64,000 nucleotides of DNA from Octopus sinensis (lineage: Eukaryota): contig NC_042997.1 of the NCBI RefSeq assembly GCF_006345805.1, positions 97,030,001 to 97,094,000 on the forward strand. The letters are read 5' to 3'. The notes under the pieces were generated by a model, which was given only the letters and a program-made list of their open reading frames with translations, had not been told where the DNA came from and did no database searches. The translations under genes were made by a program, and so were the position numbers. Positions 53,920-64,000 of the stretch are shown here, piece by piece (position 1 is the stretch's first letter; each line of letters starts with the position of its first letter).

Positions 53920-54097
53920 GCATCGAAAAATACCTTAGGAATGAGAACCCAGGTTCGAAATTTCCCCAAGACACCTGAAGAGGGTGTATCAGCCGAAACG
54001 TTGTGTTATCAACAAACAAGATGAGGACAAATATCCGTCGAATGTAAATAATGTAAATAATGTACATAATTCCTCATCTCTTGAATACAGAACTGTA
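53707..54097 (+). mobile_element. tRNA-headed, hammerhead-containing non-autonomous element with an inverted, internally deleted copy at its 5' end
   Basis: Head GCATATGGCGTAGTGGTTAAGAGC...; (AAT)n; GACAC-CTGAAGA-...-GAAA-CG-TT-GTGTT at 53970-54007; inverted arms 53707-53761/54010-54064 and 53762-53781/53788-53807. Confidence 0.8.
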
Positions 54098-55583
54098 ATA
54101 TGAGGATAATCAACAACAACAATAACGTAACGACCTTAAATAACATACTTGCACAGCAACAGGGCATAGTGTTATTGTAAACAAAGCTGTGAGGAAATGT
54201 AAGAATTTGGCAATGACTTGTTAACAAAATTATTGGTCGGGAACATAAAAAATGCAAACACGTATGGTGTTATGTTTTCAGAAAAAAAATGTCAATTCAA
54301 TCAGAAAAAAATGTTCGCCTGTTTTAGACTTATTTGCTAACTTTACAACTAGAAACATTGGTGTTTGTTTGAACAAGGTTATAATAATTGTAGGTTGGCT
54401 CTCAGCACGAAGTCATCAGTTGTACTATTTTGAATTAAAGTTCGTACATACACAGTACTTGTTTATATTATCAATGTGTAAAAAGAAATAATGGCCAGCA
54501 GTAAAAAAAAAAGACAACGTACGATTTTTTTGTTTAAATAGAAGAAAATAAGAGTCGGTGAATTATTACTCGTTCAGTTTAAAGTACCTCATAATTTAAG
54601 ATAACCCATTGTACTCTATTGGGTTTGGGTTAAAGGCTAAACTGAGTAAAAAATAAAATAGTTGAGCTATGGCTACTAATTACAACTAATAAGGTAAGGC
54701 ACCGTGTATTATTTTCTAACAATCAAAAACATGGCTCAGAGTTTATTAGTTTTTCATTGGCTGAAATAGCATACATGACAACGGGAGAAACTAAAATGGC
54801 TGTTGTTGTCTGTCGCAATAGCAAAAAAGAAGGTAGCTCACTGACAAGTGAAACCAACGTGCTAGCAGTCAAATAAAGTCATAACACATGCGTTACGCAC
54901 TTTTCGAAAATCAGCATTCAAATGACTCAAAAAGCAAACAAGTTCACAAAACTCGAGATATATTTTCTCCATCAACACCACAACCTCGATCACCTCCTTC
55001 TTCCATTAGACACTAGGAATCAGCTATTTTATACTAAAGATAAATTCAAACGCACAATACTGTTTTGCCTGGAAACGTCACAAGCATATACTTAAAACGT
55101 CTAGCGTCTGATGGAATTATTGCAATCAGAATCGCCTTCAACTTCCGTAACAAAACTATCAAATCGCCAGAAACTAAAAACTGGTGGAAAAATCATAAAA
55201 ATACAAAACCTCCAGAAAAGTAACATGACAAAGAAATTCTGATAATTATCCTGAACCTCTATATCGCTTACAAACTTCACACAGAAAAACTTATGATGGG
55301 CCCGGCACATACTCAAAAGACATGCACAGCGTCGTACACGGATTACGGTATATTTACACGTTTCTTCTATTTTCTTTAGTCGGCTTCACAGCTACCTTAA
55401 CTCTGCAACAACCACCGAGAAAACCAGCTCCATGATCACTTTTAAAAGAGTAGTAGCTACCAGTTCCATTGCCTACCTTCTTAGTCGGAATAACGAAGAA
55501 TTTCAAATGCAGCCAAATAATGCACTCGATAACATCAAATACAACCAAATGTCGCAACCACAACGACGGCATAAAATAGACAT

Positions 55584-55630
<47 letters not shown>

Positions 55631-55639
55631 ACACACACA

Positions 55640-55700
<61 letters not shown>

Positions 55701-56734
55701 GAAGACAAAAAGACTAGGTATTACACAAAACTTCTAGAACAATCACAGCATACGTGTGAGATTTAGTAATGATAGTAAAACAACGCACAAAAATATTTGG
55801 AATACCCACATGTACAAATTTTGTCCAACTGAAAGAAACAATACGCATTAAAGTACAAAAATGCACTGGATCCATCTTAGATCATGCGCACTATGCATCA
55901 GACCCGATACGCAGATCACCCACAAAACGAAACAAAAATGCAAAAGATGAAAAACGAGAATAAGAAAGACGTAACAACCAGAGAAAATAAACATGTTGAA
56001 ACCGGTGGAGCAGAAAAACATTGGTTGAATCTAAAAATAAAAACAGAAATCAAATTAATACACGACTTAAATGTTGTTGGGGCCGCAAAATAAATTCAGC
56101 CGCTAACTTTATAGCAATTTAAGAATATTAAAGAATTTTTTAACCAATTTCCTAAAAATATATTTATTTAAGCAGATGTTATATTATCCTCTTGACTTGA
56201 AAAGGAAGAAAATCATAGATTCTTTGAATTCAAAAAGTTTATTAAGAGAACACGTTTTTTATATAATTTTACTTTATGTCTAAGGAGTCCTCATTACCCG
56301 CAAGAATTTTATTTTTACTTCACTTGGGGTAATCTACCCCGGTTCGCCGACACCTGTTATAGAAGACCGAAGACATCTATTCCCCACTGACGGGAGATTT
56401 TTAATTACAGTCCTAAAATACACTTTATGCTTATCATCACTGGTGCCGATGATATTTACCAACTTGCCTGGATCAAAGTATCGCTAAAGTTAGAATACTG
56501 GAGAACGAACGATGTTCTATATTTCGTACACTGTAAGTGACTACGATATCAGGAGCAATAAAATCTGCGAGAACTTAAAATCTAAAGGGAGAATGTTTGT
56601 ACAAAGCTGATGAAAAGCCACCGACCACAGCAAGAATATCTACATCCGCTGAGTTCCCCAAAGAGTAATTTGTGAAGGTTTTGAGGGAGTTCCTAGAGAT
56701 TTCATCGCAAAAGCTCAGAGCACCTGTACCAGGA

Positions 56735-57045
56735 CAATGAACCGATCCATAATTCCGTTCTGACAACCAACTACTTAACAGAGATGGGCTTCAAAACAGT
56801 CCGTCATCGTCCCTACAGTCCAAATTTTGCTCTTTATGACTTTTGCTTGTTGCCTGACCTGAAGGAGTAGTACCTCGGGAGCAATCGTTTTGGAGACATT
56901 GAGAAGATGAGGTAGGCTGTGACAAGGGTCCTGAGCATCTTCACTTTGGAGGACTTCCTTGAAGCTTTCATGATATTGCTGGAGCGCTACGACAGGCACA
57001 TTGACATCAGAGCATTCTACTTTCTCTGTACTTATTTCAGTCATT
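56735..57045 (+). pseudogene. mariner transposase C-terminal remnant
   Basis: YLTEMGFKTVRHRPYSPNFALYDFCLLPDLKE*...RFGDIEKMR*AVTRVL...LERYDRHI (YSPDLAP-type motif). Confidence 0.8.
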
Positions 57046-57104
57046 TGACTGCGGTCATGCTGGAGCACCACCTTTAGTCGAGCAAATCGATCCCAGGTCT
57101 TATT

Positions 57105-57406
57105 CTTTGCAAGCCTAGTACTTATTCTATCGGTCTCTTTTGCCGAACCCCTAAGTTACGGAGACGTAAACACACCAGCAGCATCGGTTGTCAAGCGATG
57201 TTGGAGGGGACAAACACAGACACACAAACACACATATATATACATATATACGACGGGCTTCTTTCAGTTTCCGTCAACCAAATCCACTCACAAGGCTTTG
57301 GTCGGCCCGAGGCTATAGAAGACACTTGCCCAAGGTGTCAAGCAGTAGGACTGAACCCGGAACCATGTAGTTGGTAAGCAAGCTACTTACCACACAGCCA
57401 CTCCTA
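57105..57406 (-). mobile_element. tRNA-derived SINE family B
   Basis: Reverse complement AGGAGTGGCTGTGTGGTAAGTAGCTTGCTTACCAAC...GGTTCCGGGTTCAGTCC...CCTTGGGCAAGTGTCTTCTA. Confidence 0.9.
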
Positions 57407-57449
57407 AATGTCTCACCAGAAAAAAGTTTCAAAACTTCTGGAACGCATT

Positions 57450-57499
<50 letters not shown>

Positions 57500-57526
57500 A
57501 TATAACCACGTGTATATATAATAATA

Positions 57527-57572
<46 letters not shown>

Positions 57573-57589
57573 GCAATAATCTGATAGCT

Positions 57590-58050
57590 CTGCGTCGGCA
57601 AGAATTGAAAAGATATAGAAAAAGTGAAAGGAGTGCAGTGAACTTGCCGTGTGGAGTGGTATATCCAACGTTTCGGATTCAAACCTTCGTCAGGTGGGGG
57701 AGGCAGAGAAAAAGAGAAGAAAAGGAGAAAAGCCAAAAAGAGTTTCCATCCTTTCAGCTTCAAAAACTGGCCACAACTGATAATGGACGCAGAACAACGC
57801 GGGCTACTAACGTGAAACAGTAGTTTTAGGAGAGGGCGGGCAGAAAGGAACAGGGAAAGGGTGATGGAGAGAGTAGAGGTTAGTAAATACGAGAATATTG
57901 CGGAAGGAATGTGGAAGGAGGATTTAAAAGGGTAAAAAAGAATTAAGAGGGGATGAAAGGATGAAAGGAAAATACCTGTTGAGGACATAGTGCCAAGATC
58001 AAATATGAGACGTGTATATGTATATAAACAAACATTTGCTTTGTTTTTAT
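57590..58050 (-). mobile_element. PLE 3' end / pLTR fragment with degenerate hammerhead core
   Basis: Minus 57697-57665: CCAC-CTGACGA-A-GGTTTGAATCC-GAAA-CG-TT-GG. Confidence 0.55.
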
Positions 58051-58105
58051 AAGGCACTGTACATACAAAAAGACTAATCAAGATAAGACGCTACAGATAA
58101 GAAGT

Positions 58106-58312
58106 TAATTTATTTTCGAATGCAGAGACGCCGTTAGAACAGCAAACACATTAGGTAAATTACACTTAATGGTAAAGTACTTGACCGAAGTCTTCAACAG
58201 ATGTGGGTTCGAATCCCATGGCAGCATGTTGACAAATTTTTCCGCTTCGAAAGGGTGATTTACCCAATGTTTCTGCTGTTCTAAAGGCGCTTCTGCGCTC
58301 GAAAGTAAATTA
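58106..58312. mobile_element. Short fold-back element enclosing a tRNA-like segment
   Basis: 55-bp arms 58106-58160 / 58258-58312 with 46 of 55 positions complementary; TGGGTTCGAATCCCA B-box/T-arm at 58204-58218. Confidence 0.7.
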
Positions 58313-58315
58313 TCA

Positions 58316-58369
<54 letters not shown>

Positions 58370-58452
58370 AAGGGCAAAATTAATTAATTAATTAATAATT
58401 TTACCAAGTAGTTCGGTATGTTAAAAGAACCATTATCGGTAAACTTATACAA

Positions 58453-58851
58453 AAATTCTATAATTATGAGTATAATTATAATTAGGGTTCAGCAAAATTT
58501 GCTTCACCACATTCCGAAATTTAGAAATAACAGTTAAACTACTATTTTACTAGCATAAGATATCGCCCAGGCAGCAATACTCAACAACTCACGCAGGTAA
58601 AGAGTAGAAATATGATGTTACATTTTTCTCGTCTCTCTTACTCCGAAACGCGTATACAGTTAATCAAAGCCGGGTAGATTCGTTATTTTTTTCCTCTTCA
58701 CCTGTGTGAGTTGTTGAGTATTGCTGTGTGGGAGATATCTTATGGTAGTAAAATAATAGTTTAACAGCTTTTTCTGAATTTCGGTATGTGGTGAAGCAAA
58801 TTTTGCTGAAAGCTAATTATAATTATGTTCATACTAATAATTATAGAATTT
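58453..58851. mobile_element. Fold-back element with ~150-bp arms, probably pLTR-derived
   Basis: Arms 58453-58604 / 58694-58851; the spacer holds a hammerhead 3'-half-like CCGAAACGCGTA. Confidence 0.8.
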
Positions 58852-59317
58852 ATATATATACAATTATGCATACACACATACATGATTGCTTCATCTTGTT
58901 AGATGCTTGCTGTCTGATTATTCAATGTTTTGGTAAATTGCCTAATGTCATTTGCTAATATACTTGGATATGACCGAGAAAACCAGCAAAAAGTTTACAG
59001 TGTACAGAGAAAACACAACAGTAAAACTTATCATCTCCACAGTCGTTATTGTCTGACATTCCTTCGTAACGTACACATACATACGCACATGCAAATACTC
59101 TGAAGTTTATTCACTTGTTAGCAGATTTTCTGCTTCATCCCGCACTTTTATAAATAACTCTCATCACTTATTATGCTTCATGGCGCACCAAGTTCAGTAG
59201 ACGAGACGACCAAGCAAAAGTTTGTATTGGGTTACATTTTACCACATGTGTTCACAAGCGACCGATAAATTATGCAAAAAATGCAACTTTTCGTTTAGCT
59301 TATAGCACAGACATATA

Positions 59318-59501
59318 GGCGCAGGCGTGGCTATGTGGTAAGAAGTTTACTACTCATCCACATGGTTCCGGGTTCAGTCCCACTGCGTGGCATCTTGAAC
59401 GAGTGTCTGTTACTATAGCGTCGGGCCGACCAAAGCCTTGTGAGTAGATTTGGTGGACGGAAACTGAAAGAAGCCCGTCTTGTGTATGTGTGTGTGTGTG
59501 T

Positions 59502-59536
<35 letters not shown>

Positions 59537-59700
59537 ACCCCCGCCCGGCGCTTGACAATCGGGATTGGTGTGCATACGTCCCAGTAACTTAGCGGGTCGG
59601 CAAAAGAACCCGATAGAATAAGTACTAGGCTAAACAAAACAGTCCTTGTGTCGATTTATTCGACTAAAACCCTTCAGGGCGGTGCCACAGTATGACCGTA
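59318..59700 (+). mobile_element. Full-length tRNA-derived SINE family B
   Basis: GGCGCAGGCGTGGCTATGTGGTAAGAAG...GGTTCCGGGTTCAGTCCC head, internal (TG)n, 3' region matching 57105-57200. Confidence 0.9.
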
Positions 59701-60905
59701 TGATAAAAGAATGTGTTCCAGTATGATAAAAGAATGTAGTCAAACATAATTATAAACAAACGTACGTAAGTTCAAAACAGACATGCCTACATACACAACG
59801 ACATTCGTGCTTGCAAACATATATTATATATACACGTGTGTGCATGTATACCTCTATGCATATACAACCATATAGCTCATTTTCTGAAAATTTAGCCTAT
59901 AAGCAGAACAATGAAATTCAAGAGACAAATCTATACTTTTATTGTTAAATTCCAATCCTAGAACATTGTTCCTTTGTTTGAAGCCAGTTGTTCTCTGTAG
60001 GAATAATTTAAAGACTAAAGAAAATGCGAAAGAGACCGACTCAAAGAGCTGCATACAAATATATAAAGAGCAAATTTCATTGTATTTTCGATAATTACAT
60101 TTTTGTAATTGAGCATAGAAGCAAAATCTTTTCCTAGGGCACTGTACATACAAAAAGACTAATCAAGATAATTTCCTTGATTATCAAAGTAAAGAAATAA
60201 ATATACGTAGATAACACACATATATACCCACAAACACATAGAGATAATACACTTTCATTCATACATACATACATACATACATACATACACACGTGCATAC
60301 ATACATGCATACATACATACATACATACATACATACATACATACAGGCATATTTACATACTTTACATACATACATACATACATATATATACATACATTTA
60401 TACATACTTACACACATACTTATATATATATATATATACATACATATATACACATACATATATACATACATATAGAGAAAAGAAAAGATAGAGATTAAGA
60501 AAGAGAGAGAGACAGCGACAGACATACAGACAGATTGATAGACAGACAGACACAGATAGGTATACAGATAAATAGAAACATGTATACATATCTATATACA
60601 TATAATAGTACATATACCTATACATACACAAACACACATACATATATTCATACATGCATACACATATATGCACACATACATACACACATACATAGGTGTA
60701 TGAGTGTGTGTGAATACCACCATCAGTCTATACAGATATGTTCATACCTTTCGGGGAATATTTATCTGAATAGAGATAAAATTGTTAGTTAAATTTCCAT
60801 AATATTAAATTTCCAACTTCTACAAACAAAGATGATTAACCTTCATTGGAAATTTTACTTTTATTTAGTACTCATAAAAATGCCTTCAATTAAGCATGTA
60901 TGTAA

Positions 60906-61334
60906 GTAAGGAGACTCCGGCAGAAACCGAGGCTGCGATTTAAGGACTGTGTTAAGTCCTCGTTAAAGGCCTTTGATATGCAGGACACTGACTGGGAGAA
61001 CAATGCCTGTCATCGCCACAGATGGAGGAAGCAGGTTAAGGAGGGGATCGACACTTTTCAGAGAGCACGTATCCAGCATGAAGAACTTAGGCGAGCTGTG
61101 CGAAAGCGCACGGCTCGTATAGTGAATGGGGAAAGCTTGGTCTGCAATGTTTGCAGTCGTGTGTGCTTGTCAAGAGCAGGGCTCATTAGCCACCAACGGA
61201 GCCGCAAATGCAAAATATAAGTTAGTCCTAGAGCGCACAATGATCCTGAAGGTCGGCAATGGTCCTCCTCGGTCACGAGTGGACGGCCATCATGTATGTA
61301 TGTATGTATGTATGTATGTATGTATGTATGTATG

Positions 61335-61366
<32 letters not shown>

Positions 61367-61395
61367 TGTATGTTTGTATGTATGTATGTATGTAT
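60906..61395 (+). mobile_element. 5'-truncated RTE-clade LINE with (TGTA)n tail and 11-bp TSD
   Basis: LRFKDCVKSSLKAFDMQDTDWE...RHRWRKQV...CNVCSRVCLSRAGLISHQRS (C2H2-like); CATGTATGTAA at 60895-60905 and 61396-61406. Confidence 0.9.
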
Positions 61396-62634
61396 CATGT
61401 ATGTAATTTGTACTCTGTTATTTAGTAATTTATTGAAGGGCTGGCTTCTATGCAACAATACTCCATCATTGTACTTTGGATAACAACACAAGTATAGGAT
61501 TACATTGTAACCTTCAGCAAAGTATTTTTATGTCTTGTCATTGTTCTGCTACCGACGGAATTTCCTGACATTTATATGCATTCATGTATGTACGTGTGTA
61601 TGTATATATATATATATATGTGTGTGTGTATGTATACACATACATACATATATATATACATACATATATATACATATATATATATATATACATACATATA
61701 CATATATATATATATATACATACATATATATATATATAATAACAAAATAATAAATAAAACATGCATATATACATACACATATGCACTACCTACATCTATA
61801 TGTATATATACAGGCATATATGGGTATAGGACAACAAAAAATAACGTCGAACACAATGAGAAACGAAAACATAAGAACAAAACCAAGGAAATGGACATTT
61901 TTCTTAAACAACGGGAAAATAGAGTACAAGACATACAATACAAGGAACATTTCTCTTCTTCAGCCGCCTCTATTTCATCTACTCCGCATTTCGAAGGTAA
62001 AGGCGAGACACGACTTCGTTGAAATAGTCCTTCCCGCAAAGCAAATTAAATAAAATTTGAGATTTTTTTGCGGGAAGGGGGTAAAAGTGATAACAAAAAT
62101 AGGACAGTGAAAACAATACAAATAAAAACAGTAAAATACAGCACAGGAGAATAACAGTAACACGAACATTAAGGGCTGTTGAACGTTTCGAGAACGGCGA
62201 GAGAGACAGAGAAAGCCGTCTACACTTGGTGGAAGCAGGGTCAGAAAGGCAGTAGTGGCCTTCTCGTCGCTGACACGCGACGGGAGGGGGGAGGGGGGGA
62301 GAATGAGGAGGAGGAGGTGGTGGTGGTGGTGGAGGAGGAGGAGGAGGAGGGGGTGGTGGTGGTGGTGGTGGTGGAGGAGGAGGAGGGGTGTAAGGGAAAG
62401 GGAGAGAAAAAGGGAAGAGTTGTAGAGAAAACCAGAAAGAATGAAGGATGAGAGTGGGAGGGGGTCAGAAAGGTTAAGAGTGCGCATCATTATTATTATT
62501 AAGATAAAACTTACTTAGAAGTGGTTGCATGGCGTTCTATCATGTAATAACAAAATAATAAATAAAATATGTGCATGTATACATATATACATACATATAT
62601 ACATATATACATACACACACACACACACATACAT

Positions 62635-62687
<53 letters not shown>

Positions 62688-62712
62688 AATGCATATATAT
62701 GCATACATGTAG

Positions 62713-62995
62713 AGGTGCAATGGCTCAGTCTTTAGGGTAGCGGACTCGCGGTCGTAGTATCACGGTTTCGATACTACGTTGTGATTTTTTATTGAGCGAA
62801 AACACCTAAAGCTCCGCCAGTGGGGGGTCGCGATCACTGCTGTGCTCTTTCGCCACAACTCACTCTTTCTTCTGTTGACCTGCTCGCTTAGCCAACGGGG
62901 TGCCGTCATTTGTAGGCTAAAACAATGCGAAGCGCATTGTGACCAGCGCTGTGTAGCAACATCTGATAGTCTGGTCAGTCAAGGTGATCACGGTT
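62713..62995 (+). mobile_element. tRNA-derived SINE family D (3' part also at about 19951-20022)
   Basis: GGTGCAATGGCTCAGT...GGTTTCGAT head; shared CTGCTC.CTTAGCCAACG...GGCTAAAACAATGCGAAGCGCATTGTGACCAG segment. Confidence 0.75.
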
Positions 62996-63102
62996 ATATA
63001 TATATATATATATATATACGTACACATATATATATACATATATATATATATATACATATATATATGTATGTATATATATATATAATATATATATATTATA
63101 TA

Positions 63103-63140
<38 letters not shown>

Positions 63141-63177
63141 TATATATAATGTGTGTGTGTGTGTGTGTGTGTGTGAA

Positions 63178-63516
63178 GGCGCATGGCTCAGTGGTTAGAG
63201 CGTCGAGCTTACGATCGTGAGGTTGTGAGCTCGAATCCCGGACCGGGCTGCGTGTTGTGTTCTTGAGCAAGGCACTTTATTTTCACGTTGCTCCAGTTCA
63301 CTCAGCTGTAGAAATGAGTTGCGACGTCACTGGTGCCAAGCTGTATCGACCTTTGTCTTTCCCTTGGATAACACTGGTGGCGTGGAGAGGGGAGGCTGGT
63401 ATGCATGGGCGACTGCTGGTCTTCCATAAACAACCTTGCCCGGACTTGTGTCTAGGAGGGTAACTTTCTAGGTGCAATCCCATGGTCATTCATGACCGAA
63501 GGGGGTCTTTACCCTT
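63178..63516 (+). mobile_element. tRNA-derived SINE family C
   Basis: GGCGCATGGCTCAGTGGTTAGAGCG (A box), GAGCTCGAATCCC (B box), TTCTTGAGCAAGGCACTT core-like segment; no intact acceptor stem. Confidence 0.85.
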
Positions 63517-63811
63517 TATATATATATATATATATTATATTAAATTAGAGACAAAACCACTATTAGGCTTTATTCCCTAATATTTATTATATATATATAT
63601 ATATATATATACAAACATACATATAATTTACGTTGACGACGTAACTGTTACGTACCTAATAAATGACGTATATATATATGTATATATATATATGCAACAT
63701 ACATATAATTTACGTTGATGACGTAATGCATTAGGTATGTATTATAAGTGCTCGGTTTTGCTCACCACTAAAACTCTGGCTTGAACTGCAACTGATATCT
63801 ATCTACCTATC

Positions 63812-63877
<66 letters not shown>

Positions 63878-64000
63878 CGGGAAGCTTTACGAAAATAAAC
63901 AAAAGATGAAGGCAGGTGGAGTACAAACAAACAATTGTATTAGTATGGCGCTCAGGAATAGAAATAAAACAAGTCTTTTTACGTTTCGGGCCTATATATA

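Noticed and set aside
62280-62470. G-rich (GGA/GGT)n tract with G-quadruplex potential and a poly-Glu/Val ORF
   Set aside because: A simple trinucleotide repeat, common in this genome, with no further supporting structure.
63178-63250. Possible genuine tRNA gene (also at 53788, 58165, 59318 and 62713)
   Set aside because: A and B boxes are present, but there is no complete cloverleaf acceptor stem and each continues into SINE body sequence.

Overview
AT-rich, microsatellite- and transposon-dense metazoan DNA. The SINE families and the TA/CA repeat load suggest an octopod cephalopod; this is inference. The only host gene I can support is a membrane dipeptidase (peptidase M19, DPEP1-like) on the minus strand, with three in-phase exons (28644-28509, 9400-9268, 1458-1308) missed by the ORF track as a spliced gene. 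The rest is intronic or upstream: Penelope-like elements (PLEs; one nearly complete RT + GIY-YIG copy), several fold-back fragments with intact or decayed minimal hammerhead ribozyme cores, four tRNA-derived SINE families, RTE, Gypsy and Tc1/mariner remnants, a GG-TIR MITE with an 8-bp TSD, non-autonomous Helitrons and multi-kb TA arrays. The standout is a ~1.65-kb island (about 29783-31436) of roughly 55-60% GC. It has no convincing ORF, is packed with G-U-containing stems on the + strand, and carries three covarying copies of an H-type pseudoknot module plus a second duplicated hairpin module. I cannot assign it to any known RNA or transposon family. All folds were read by eye, and repeat boundaries are approximate unless a TIR or TSD is quoted.
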